From Candidatus Omnitrophota bacterium (GTDB taxonomy: Bacteria > Omnitrophota > Omnitrophia > Omnitrophales > Aquincolibacteriaceae): a stretch of DNA of 64,000 bases. The translations under genes and the position numbers were made by a program. Each line of letters starts with the position of its first letter. Within the stretch, counting starts at the first letter, position 1. Below the pieces are notes generated by a model. The model was not told the DNA's origin, made no database searches, and saw only the letters and a list, made by a program, of their open reading frames with translations. The stretch covers positions 889 to 64,888 of the forward strand of contig DAOSLF010000003.1 of NCBI GenBank assembly GCA_035368605.1. Reading direction: 5' to 3'. This document shows, in pieces, positions 10,348 to 18,381 of the stretch.

Positions 10348-11388
10348 TTATTTCCGCCTGAACGCGGAAAGATCGAACGCCTTCCACTCGTCGTAGGGTG
10401 TGCGGGAAAGCAGGGACGAAACGGCATCCGCGGGTGACTTGCCTTCGAACAACATCTTGTAAACCTCGGTCATGATCGGGAGCTGGAGGTCCGGATACTT
10501 GCGGGAAAGTTGATGGACGCTGAGGGAGGTCCCGATGCCTTCCGCGACCATCGCCATTTTCCCGAGGATGTCCCCGGTCTTCTTCCCCTTGACGAGTTCG
10601 CGTCCGACATAAAGGTTCCGGCCGTGCTTTGAGGCACAGGTCGTGAAGAGATCGCCGATCCCCGAAAGTCCGAAAAAGGTGTCCGGGCTCGCGCCAAACT
10701 TCACGCCGAGCCGGGCGATCTCGTAGATCCCGCGCGTCATAAGACCCGCCTTGGTGTTATCACCGAACTTCAGACCATCGCAAACACCCGCGGCGATCGC
10801 AATCACGTTCTTGAGCGCGCCGCCGAGCTCCACGCCCACCACGTCCTTCTGGACATAAATACGAAAGCGCGGGTCCTGGAAATGCTCCTGGACATAAGAC
10901 GCCACGGCCGCATCGTCGGACGCCGCAACGAGCATGGTTGGTATCTTGCGCGCGACTTCTTCGGCGTGGGACGGACCCGAAAGGACAACGAGCCGGACAT
11001 CTTTCCCGAGGACCTTGTGGACGATCTCGGAGGGCCTCAGACAGGTCCCGTTCTCGATGCCCTTCGCGACATTGACGAGAATCTTTCCGCGATACGGGAG
11101 CTTCTTCAGCCTGAGAAGGACGCTCCGAAGGTGCTGGGTCGGGACCGCGAGAACAATCACATTCGCGAACTCGACGGCTGCCCTGAGATTCGAGGTGATG
11201 CGAAGGTCCTTCGGCAGTCTCACACCCGGAAGGAACCTCTCATTCACGCGTTTGCGTTCGAGCGTCTTCGCGTAATCGGGAAAGACGGACCAGAGCAGGA
11301 CTTCGTTCCCGCGCCGCAGGTTCACAAGCGCAAGCGCCGTCCCCCACCCGCCGTCACCTATAACACTTACCTTGATCGGTTCAGTCAT
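10348..11388 (-). CDS. gpsA: NAD(P)H-dependent glycerol-3-phosphate dehydrogenase
   Basis: MTEPIKVSVIGDGGWGTALA Rossmann N-terminus, ..GLKFGDNTKAGLMTRG..EGIGT... Start re-called at the internal ATG (11386-11388); the 53-codon extension in the ORF track has no homology role. Confidence 0.9.
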   Translation of the reverse strand: MTEPIKVSVIGDGGWGTALALVNLRRGNEVLLWSVFPDYAKTLERKRVNERFLPGVRLPKDLRITSNLRAAVEFANVIVLAVPTQHLRSVLLRLKKLPYRGKILVNVAKGIENGTCLRPSEIVHKVLGKDVRLVVLSGPSHAEEVARKIPTMLVAASDDAAVASYVQEHFQDPRFRIYVQKDVVGVELGGALKNVIAIAAGVCDGLKFGDNTKAGLMTRGIYEIARLGVKFGASPDTFFGLSGIGDLFTTCASKHGRNLYVGRELVKGKKTGDILGKMAMVAEGIGTSLSVHQLSRKYPDLQLPIMTEVYKMLFEGKSPADAVSSLLSRTPYDEWKAFDLSAFRRK

Positions 11389-11477
11389 GTTATTCACCGC
11401 TTTAAACGTTCTCATTGCCGGTACAGCATAACAAAAATCGTGACCTGGGACTTGTTCCCGGGGACAGATCCCCGCAT

Positions 11478-11903
11478 TCAGGGTTTCCTGCTCCTCAAAA
11501 GCGTATGCACTTTCACTTTCTGCCGGATCTCGTCCGGGATGCGACACGGACGCAGCGTCTTATCGACGAACACGTGCAGCGTGTCACCGGTTGTGATGAT
11601 CTTGTCCGTCCCTTTCCGGATAACCTGATACTGGAACTTGATCGAGCTCGCGCCAAGGTGACTCACGCTGGTCCGGATGATTAACTCATCGTCGTAGGTC
11701 GAAGGGGCGATATACTTGGCGTGCGCCTCCCCGACCGGGAGGAAGAGTCCCTTTTTCTCGCATTCGGTATAGGGCAGGCCGAGCGCCCGGAAATATTCGT
11801 TGCGCGCCGCCTCGAAGAAACGGAAGTAGTGGCCGTAGTAGGTGACGCCCATCCGGTCCGTATCGGCGTAAATGACACGGTATTCGTGATCAAAATATTC
11901 CAT
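11478..11903 (-). CDS. Acyl-CoA thioesterase, hotdog fold (YbgC/FadM-like)
   Basis: MEYFDHEYRVIYADTDRMGVTYYGHYFRFFEAARNEYF is a 4HBT-type N-terminus. Start re-called at Met11 with GGGAGA 7 nt upstream; that start sits 19 nt downstream of the dnaJ stop. Confidence 0.7.
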   Translation of the reverse strand: MEYFDHEYRVIYADTDRMGVTYYGHYFRFFEAARNEYFRALGLPYTECEKKGLFLPVGEAHAKYIAPSTYDDELIIRTSVSHLGASSIKFQYQVIRKGTDKIITTGDTLHVFVDKTLRPCRIPDEIRQKVKVHTLLRSRKP

Positions 11904-11922
11904 TTCTGTCTCCCGGACCGTT

Positions 11923-13047
11923 TCAGCCCACACGGTTGAAATGGCTAAAGAAGCCTTTCTTCGACGCGACCTTGTCGCCCCGCTCCGCCGCGAGGGCTTC
12001 GAGAAGTTCCCGCTCGGCCTTCGACGGTTTCGAAGGCACTTCGACCTGGATCCGCAGGTACAGGTCCCCGCGCCGATCCGGCATGTTGACCGCCGGCAGT
12101 CCCTCGTGGCGGACTTTCACGATCTTTCCCGAAGGCGTCCCCGGCTCGATCGTGAGCTCCGTCTTGCCGGTCAGCGTCACGGCATCGGCCTTTCCGCCGA
12201 GCACCGCGACCGTGTAAGGGATCAGCGTTTCCGCGTAGAGGTCGTGCCCCTGGCGCTCGAACACCTTGTGTTTTTCGACCGTCACATGGATGTAGAGGTC
12301 TCCGCGGCCGCCCGCACCCTGGCCGGCCTCGCCTTCCCCCGTCACCCGCAACCGGGAACCATCCTCGATCCCGGCCGGAACATTCACCTGGAGCTTGCGG
12401 ACCTTGCGGACGCGTCCTTCCCCGCGGCAGACGTGGCAAGGTTTCTCGATCGATTCCCCTTCGCCGCCACACTTCGGGCAGGTCCGCCGCATCGAGAAAA
12501 ATCCCTGCGTGATCCTGACCTCGCCCCGGCCGCCGCAATCGGCGCAAACCTTCTTCCTTGAACCTTTTTCCGCGCCACTCCCGCCGCATTCCGTGCAAGT
12601 CTCGCGCCTCGGGATCTCGAGCTCCATCGCCTTGCCCGAGAGCACCTCTTCGAGCGTGAGCGTCACCGGGTATTCGAGATCGGAACCCCGGCGCCCGCGC
12701 GCCCCGCTGCGGCGACCGCCCCCGCCTCCGCCACCGAAGAAATCCTCGAAAAGATCGCCGAAGATGTCGCTGAAGCCGCCGAAGGAGTCCTGGAAGTTCT
12801 CGAAACCCGAGAAACCGCCGCCCCCGAGGCTGTGCCCGAACTGGTCGTAACGGGCGCGTTTGTCGGAATCATTCAGAACGGCGTAGGCCTCGGCCGCCTC
12901 CTTGAATTTCTCCTCAGCCTCCTGACTGTTGGGGTTGCGGTCCGGGTGGTACCGGAGGGCGAGCTTCCGGTAGGCTTTCTTCAGTCCATCCTCCGTCACG
13001 TCACGGCTGACGCCCAACACTTCATAGTAATCGCGCTTTTGTTTCAT
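11923..13047 (-). CDS. dnaJ: Molecular chaperone DnaJ
   Basis: J-domain [33 protein letters not shown], a G/F-rich linker, and four CxxCxGxG zinc-finger repeats. Confidence 0.92.
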   Translation of the reverse strand: MKQKRDYYEVLGVSRDVTEDGLKKAYRKLALRYHPDRNPNSQEAEEKFKEAAEAYAVLNDSDKRARYDQFGHSLGGGGFSGFENFQDSFGGFSDIFGDLFEDFFGGGGGGGRRSGARGRRGSDLEYPVTLTLEEVLSGKAMELEIPRRETCTECGGSGAEKGSRKKVCADCGGRGEVRITQGFFSMRRTCPKCGGEGESIEKPCHVCRGEGRVRKVRKLQVNVPAGIEDGSRLRVTGEGEAGQGAGGRGDLYIHVTVEKHKVFERQGHDLYAETLIPYTVAVLGGKADAVTLTGKTELTIEPGTPSGKIVKVRHEGLPAVNMPDRRGDLYLRIQVEVPSKPSKAERELLEALAAERGDKVASKKGFFSHFNRVG

Positions 13048-13121
13048 AGAGTACGGGGTACGGAGTACGGGGTACGGAGTAAACGGTTTTGAGACTCCAT
13101 ACTCGGTACGCCGTACTGAAT

Positions 13122-13751
13122 TTAGGTGATCTCGTCCTGTTTTTCGGGAGGAGGGGCGGTGCGGACCCGGACCTTCGCGGCCCGCAGGAGCCGGTCGTGG
13201 AGCATATACCCGGTCTCCAGCTCGTCGACAATGACGTCCTCCTCTCCCTTTTCCTGGACGCGAGCCACAGCTTCATGGCGGTGCGGATCGAACTTCTCGC
13301 CGACCGTTTCAAGACGCGTGAGACCGTGGTTCCGGAGAATATCGGTCAGCTGTTTCTGGACCATCTGGATCCCGGTGGCGACGTTCTTGAAATTCTGGCG
13401 AAGTTTTTCCTCATCGGCCTCGGCGAGCTCACCGGCGGTCGTATGCTCGACGGCACGGCCAAAGTTATCGAGTACGGGGAGCATCTCGCGCATGATACGC
13501 TCCATGCTGAACTTGATGAATTCGTCCTTGTCGCGGAGCGCGCGTTTTTTCGCGTTCTCGAAGTCCGCCGCGGCGTGCAGGAACTTCTCGCGGAGCCCTT
13601 CGAGCTCTTCGACACGTTTTCTGAGCGCCTCGTGCTCTTCCGGGGAGATCGCGGCCTTCGGCGTCTCCGGCACCGGAGGGACGGAAGCCTTCGCGGGCTC
13701 TTCAGGATGGTCATTCTTGTGGTTATGCCTGGAGTTCGGAGTCACGATCAA
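13122..13751 (-). CDS. grpE: Nucleotide exchange factor GrpE
   Basis: [30 protein letters not shown] GrpE core. The start is non-ATG (TTG at 13751 or GTG at 13745), overlapping the hrcA stop as TTTTGATCGTG. Confidence 0.85.
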   Translation of the reverse strand: MIVTPNSRHNHKNDHPEEPAKASVPPVPETPKAAISPEEHEALRKRVEELEGLREKFLHAAADFENAKKRALRDKDEFIKFSMERIMREMLPVLDNFGRAVEHTTAGELAEADEEKLRQNFKNVATGIQMVQKQLTDILRNHGLTRLETVGEKFDPHRHEAVARVQEKGEEDVIVDELETGYMLHDRLLRAAKVRVRTAPPPEKQDEIT

Positions 13752-14569
13752 AACCCTTCCCCGGATGCAAAAAGCTCGCCGATCAGACCGGCTACCCGTG
13801 AAACAAGCGGGATCACCCGCCGGTACGGCATCCGTTTCGGGCCCAGGACCGCGATCACGCCCGTCCCGAGGTCCCCGGCCGAATACCGGGCCGTCACGAT
13901 CGCACAGTCCTCAAGGGCTTCGCTGCCGTTCTCGCGACCGACCGAGACCGAGACCTTCGACTCGTGGGCCTTCTCGAGAAGCCACTGCTTCAGGAGAATC
14001 TTCTCCTCGAGTGTCTGCAGCAACGCCTTCAGCTTGTGGATGTCACGAAACTCGGGTTTTTCGAGGATATGCGTAAGACCCTGGAGCGACAGCTTGAGCT
14101 CGTCGATCTTCCGGGAAAGATCCGGCTCGGGGGCCATCGAAAGCGAGAGACCGATCTCCCGCGTGACGGAGGAAAGAAGTCCCGAAACCCTGTCGAGGAA
14201 CGCCTCGATGGCGCGCTCCTGGCGACAACCCTGGCTGATCTCTTCCGCGACCCGGGCAGAGACAGTCTCCGGGAGCTCTTCATCAAAGGGCAAGTGGTCC
14301 AGATAATAACGGTATCCGTCATCGGTCGGGATACGTCCCGACGACGTGTGCGGATGCGACAGATAGCCCATTTCCTCAAGCACGCCCAGTTCGTTACGAA
14401 CGGTGGCCGGCGAACAGCGGAGTGAGTAGCGGCGGACGATGAACTGCGAGCCCACGGGGTCGCTCGTCTCGATATGGGACTCCACCACACTCCGGAGTAA
14501 ACCGGATTGTCTCGGGGTTAACGGTATCATAGGGAGGGATATGATAGCAGAAAATGCTCCATTCCTCAA
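13748..14569 (-). CDS. hrcA: Heat-inducible transcription repressor HrcA
   Basis: LTPRQSGLLRSVVESHIETSDPVGSQ (winged-helix N-terminus) and C-terminal ..GVIAVLGPKRMPY. An alternative start is the ATG at 14530 (MIPLTPRQ). Confidence 0.85.
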   Translation of the reverse strand: MRNGAFSAIISLPMIPLTPRQSGLLRSVVESHIETSDPVGSQFIVRRYSLRCSPATVRNELGVLEEMGYLSHPHTSSGRIPTDDGYRYYLDHLPFDEELPETVSARVAEEISQGCRQERAIEAFLDRVSGLLSSVTREIGLSLSMAPEPDLSRKIDELKLSLQGLTHILEKPEFRDIHKLKALLQTLEEKILLKQWLLEKAHESKVSVSVGRENGSEALEDCAIVTARYSAGDLGTGVIAVLGPKRMPYRRVIPLVSRVAGLIGELFASGEGF

Positions 14570-14588
14570 TACAGTCCCGGGGTCCGGC

Positions 14589-15974
14589 TCAGGCGGCGGT
14601 GTCGCGGGAGGTAGTCAGGACGAGGGTGTCCTGAAGGGATTTTTTCTTCCTGCGGAAAAGCTCCAGGTCTTCGCGGGAGGCACGCCACGAATAGGACTTC
14701 GTCTGGGACAGGAAGAACATCAGATAATCCCAGTCCTTGTAACCGTAACCATGAAGGACATCCGCAAACTCACGGGCCGCGAGCTCCCAGAGATAAATAA
14801 CATCTGCATTGATGCCTCCGGTCGCGGAATAGACCTTCTGGCGGATGTCCTTCGAAGGGGCCGTCATATAGAGCGAATAATGGCACGGCTTTGAAGGTTC
14901 GTACTTCAGCATCACCTTGACACCGGAGAACGTGTTATAAATCCGCTCGTCCTGACCGATCAGCATCTGGATGCGCCGCGTAAGCTGAAGGGCAAGGAAT
15001 TCCCCCGTCGTCATATCCGGCACGTTGAACTCCGTATCCCACCGGTCCAGGCTTTTCAGGATCATATCCCGGTTCATCGGGAACGACGGATCGTCAAACG
15101 CGCTGGCCATCATCGCCATCGGGATGATCCGCGTGATCTTTTCCTTTTCGCCGTCGACAGACACGTGGAAAAGGTATTCAGGGGTCTCCGGAGGAATCTT
15201 CGCGCCTTTCGGCGTCACCCTGGTCTTCGCATAAACGACGACCTGCCGGTCCTGGAGTACGAGGCTCCGGATATCGAGAATCTCCCAGGACGCCTGCGCA
15301 CGTTCAAGGGGGTATCCCGTCGCGTCCTCGAAATAGAACTCTTTCATCCACTTGACGTCCTCCTGGCCTTTGAAATACCGCGGCTTGAGCTCCTGGCGGG
15401 TCATCGTGTTCAGGTCCGCGAAGAATTTCCGGACCGGCCGGTGCCAGAGGATGGGACGGTTCAGCTGGATTTCGTAAATGAGGCGTTTGCGGTATTCGCT
15501 GCGCGGAATGTCCCAGAAGCGGACCTTCTTCACATCGTCGCTCGCGCCTAGGAACATCATCTCCATCCCCGTCTTTTCGGTGTCCGCGGCCTGGAGGTAA
15601 TAAAAATCGATCTTCTTGTCGGTGGAGAGCATGACGCGCGACATCGAAAAGAGCATGTCCTCAATGCGGTCGATCGCTTTTTCGGTCGGCTGGAAAAGCT
15701 GTTCCATATCGGTCACCTGGCCGGAGAGGATGGCTTCCTTGAAATCCATCGCGAAGAGCTGATCGAGGGGGAGAAAAACGCCGAGCGTCGTTCCGTTGAT
15801 CCTCACGTCACATTGGCGGATGCCGTATTCCTTCTCGGCGATCGACGCGATCTCTTCCTTGACCTTCTCGGCCCGGTAACTGGCGGGCGTGCAACCGGCA
15901 AGGAAGAGGACCGTGAAAAGAAAAAGGGACAGGCTCGCGACCGGAGAGATCGGACCTGTCCCCTGTTTCCTCAT
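14589..15974 (-). CDS. Lipoprotein of unknown function (461 aa) inside the heat-shock operon
   Basis: Lipobox signal peptide ...FLFTVLFLAGC|TPAS. Only 7 nt separate it from the upstream ftsH-like gene. I recognise no conserved domain. Confidence 0.55.
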   Translation of the reverse strand: MRKQGTGPISPVASLSLFLFTVLFLAGCTPASYRAEKVKEEIASIAEKEYGIRQCDVRINGTTLGVFLPLDQLFAMDFKEAILSGQVTDMEQLFQPTEKAIDRIEDMLFSMSRVMLSTDKKIDFYYLQAADTEKTGMEMMFLGASDDVKKVRFWDIPRSEYRKRLIYEIQLNRPILWHRPVRKFFADLNTMTRQELKPRYFKGQEDVKWMKEFYFEDATGYPLERAQASWEILDIRSLVLQDRQVVVYAKTRVTPKGAKIPPETPEYLFHVSVDGEKEKITRIIPMAMMASAFDDPSFPMNRDMILKSLDRWDTEFNVPDMTTGEFLALQLTRRIQMLIGQDERIYNTFSGVKVMLKYEPSKPCHYSLYMTAPSKDIRQKVYSATGGINADVIYLWELAAREFADVLHGYGYKDWDYLMFFLSQTKSYSWRASREDLELFRRKKKSLQDTLVLTTSRDTAA

Positions 15975-15981
15975 GATCCGC

Positions 15982-17640
15982 TTATACCGCCGGCGGGGTT
16001 CCGCCCTGCGTCAGATGGGCGCGGCGGGGATTCGCCTTGCCGTACTCCATGAAGATCGCCTCGATCTCGTCATAATCCAGTTCGTTCTTCTGAAGGAGCT
16101 CATGGGCGAAACGCTCGAAGATGTCCTTTTCCTTGCGGAGGAGCGTATCCACCTCGGCCATGCAGTCCTTCAGGATCTTGTCGACGTCCTGGTTGAGCCG
16201 GGTCTTCATCTCTTCGGAGAGGAGCTGCGGGGCGACCGTGTAGTCTCCCACGAGACCCGACGGCCCCATCCCGTATTTCCAGACCATCGCGTTGGCATAA
16301 TTCGTCGCCTGATAGAAATCACTCCCGGGCCCTCCGCCGACACCGGTCGTGGTCGTTCCGAACTTGATTTTCTCCGCGACATAACTCGCGACGCAGACCT
16401 TGATCTCGGCCAGCATCGACTCGCGGTCGTTCAGGTGCCATTCCTCGATCGGCGTGGGATGCACGACACCGAGGGACATCTTCCGCGGGATAATCGAGGC
16501 CTTGAACACGTCGTCGCGCGGATGCAAAAGGTACGTGACGATCAAATGGCCCGTCTCGTGATACGCCGTCATCTCGCGTTCCTTGACGTTTATGGTCAGC
16601 TTCTGCTTCACGCCGAGCTCGATACGCTCGATCGCTTCGGAGATATCCTTCAGCGTCACGGAATCGCGTTTATTGCGGGTCGCGATCAGGGCCGATTCCT
16701 TGACGATGTTCTCAATGTCGGCCGGCGACTTGTCCACCGCCTTGCGCGCGAGACGCTTGCAGTCAACCGAGGCCTCGTGTTTGACCTTGCCCAGATAGAA
16801 CTTGAAGAGCGCCTCGCGGCCCTCGAGATTCGGTTTCTTGATATAGACCTTCCGGTCGAAACGTCCGGGACGGAGCAGCGCGGGATCGAGTACGTCCTCG
16901 GCCGCGTTCGTGGCCCCGATCACGACGATGTTCTCGGTCTTTTCCCCGAGACCATCCATCGCGACGAGTAGCTGGTTTTGGGTGGTGTTCCCTTCCCCGC
17001 TCCCGAACTGGCTGAAGGTGCGGCGGTGCCCCATCGCGTCAAGCTCATCAATAAACACGATGCAGCCGCCGAACCCGTAGGCCATGCGGGCGGCTTTCTT
17101 GAAGAGTTGGCGAACGCGGCTTGCGCCGACGCCGACGAAAATCTCGTTGAATTCGCTCGCGGCCATCGAAAGAAACGGCAGCCCCGCTTCCGTCGCGATA
17201 GCCTTCGCGAGATATGTTTTGCCGCACCCGGGAGGCCCCATCATCAGGATGCCGCGAAGAATCTTGCCGCCGATCTTCTTGAGGCGCGCATGGTCCTTGA
17301 TAAGCTGAACGACCTCCCAGCACTCCTCTTTGGCCTCGTCGATCCCGATCACGTCCGAAAACTTCACGTTCACGTCCTTGGCCGCGATATTCTTCTTTTT
17401 CTCGAGGTTCCCGAGGTTGCCGCGGAACAGCACCATATAAATATAGGCGAAGACCACCGCATTGATGACCATGATGATCATCTGGAGCGGCAACTGCGCC
17501 AGCGTGATATTGCGGTAGTAGCTTTCAAGCGACGCCATCCCCCAGATCGAGAGGAGGATCAGGATGAGGGAGGCGGCCACGATCGCGATCTTGATCCAGT
17601 GATCCATCCAAAAAAGCTTCCAGCGACGGTATGATTTCAT
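15982..17640 (-). CDS. ftsH: FtsH-family ATP-dependent zinc metalloprotease (short form, minimal periplasmic loop)
   Basis: Two N-terminal TM helices; Walker A GPPGCGKT; Walker [10 protein letters not shown]; SRH ..[22 protein letters not shown]; M41 zinc site HETGH. Start re-called at the ATG ([10 protein letters not shown]) with AAGGAG upstream; the ORF-track Met is a TTG. Confidence 0.75.
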   Translation of the reverse strand: MKSYRRWKLFWMDHWIKIAIVAASLILILLSIWGMASLESYYRNITLAQLPLQMIIMVINAVVFAYIYMVLFRGNLGNLEKKKNIAAKDVNVKFSDVIGIDEAKEECWEVVQLIKDHARLKKIGGKILRGILMMGPPGCGKTYLAKAIATEAGLPFLSMAASEFNEIFVGVGASRVRQLFKKAARMAYGFGGCIVFIDELDAMGHRRTFSQFGSGEGNTTQNQLLVAMDGLGEKTENIVVIGATNAAEDVLDPALLRPGRFDRKVYIKKPNLEGREALFKFYLGKVKHEASVDCKRLARKAVDKSPADIENIVKESALIATRNKRDSVTLKDISEAIERIELGVKQKLTINVKEREMTAYHETGHLIVTYLLHPRDDVFKASIIPRKMSLGVVHPTPIEEWHLNDRESMLAEIKVCVASYVAEKIKFGTTTTGVGGGPGSDFYQATNYANAMVWKYGMGPSGLVGDYTVAPQLLSEEMKTRLNQDVDKILKDCMAEVDTLLRKEKDIFERFAHELLQKNELDYDEIEAIFMEYGKANPRRAHLTQGGTPPAV

Positions 17641-17801
17641 GTCAGACAATTCTCCTTTTCATTCTTGGCCTTCAAACTTGGGAAAGCGGCCTGGGAAGGC
17701 GGATAGTTGGGGTATTATATCCGTAAGTATTTCCGTTTTATAGAGGTATTTTGCCCTTTGGCCCCTGTCTTAACCCGAAACTCCGGGAGGAAAGGACAGT
17801 C

Positions 17802-18311
17802 TCACCACCAGTAGTCTTCCGAGGGAGCGGCATTCGTCGCCGCGGTTTCCGGGGAGATCCCCGCAGAGACTCCGCCTGCATCGGTCATCTCGGCTGCGGC
17901 ATCGAATCCGGGGAGAACTTCCGTTCCAGCGGCTGTCTCCTGTTCCCAATAGCCTTCCGCAGGCTGCTCGGGGGAAACCGGCTCTTCCGGCGCGGCAAGG
18001 GCATCCGCGGGAACCGCGGGTTCATCCCACCAGTTAAGTCCGGCCGTTTCCCCGGGCATGGCTTCCCTGGCCGCTGGTTTTTCGGCCTCGGGAGCGAACG
18101 GCGGCGCCGTCAGGAAGGTATCTTTGGGATTGTATTTAACACTATAAAGAAGAGCTCCTTTTTTTCCGTCTTTTTCCTCTTCCATCTTCTGTTTATAGAG
18201 AATGCCGTCCGTTTGCGTGTCCCGGATCGGATCCTCGCTCCTCCGGATCGCGGCAAGATTCGGCACGGCAAGCACGATCACCAAGGTTAAAAACAGACAT
18301 TTTCTGCTCAT
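17802..18311 (-). CDS. Hypothetical secreted acidic, Pro/Ala/Glu-rich low-complexity protein ending in YWW
   Basis: Signal peptide MSRKCLFLTLVIVLAVPNLAA at an internal ATG. The body is low complexity (PEEPVSPEQPAEGYWEQE...). No domain recognised. Confidence 0.4.
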   Translation of the reverse strand: MSRKCLFLTLVIVLAVPNLAAIRRSEDPIRDTQTDGILYKQKMEEEKDGKKGALLYSVKYNPKDTFLTAPPFAPEAEKPAAREAMPGETAGLNWWDEPAVPADALAAPEEPVSPEQPAEGYWEQETAAGTEVLPGFDAAAEMTDAGGVSAGISPETAATNAAPSEDYWW

Positions 18312-18381
18312 GGATGCACCACGTAAAGAGTATCTGAAAAAACCGGTCCTGGCAAATCGCGCGGCGTCCGGAATACGGAGC

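Noticed and set aside
12395-12850. A proline-rich plus-strand ORF (..[14 protein letters not shown]..)
   Set aside because: It is the antisense frame of the dnaJ Gly/Phe-rich linker (GGC-rich codons read as Pro on the other strand).
14530-14600. A CIRCE operator expected upstream of hrcA
   Set aside because: Visual scanning of the hrcA, lipoprotein and ftsH upstream regions found no TTAGCACTC-N9-GAGTGCTAA-like inverted repeat. Absence by eye is not proof, so this is flagged for a proper pattern search.
15889-16971. A 360-aa plus-strand ORF, and a 218-aa ORF at 16978..17634
   Set aside because: Both are antisense to the FtsH-like gene, which carries Walker A/B and HETGH motifs. No RBS or other coding signals.
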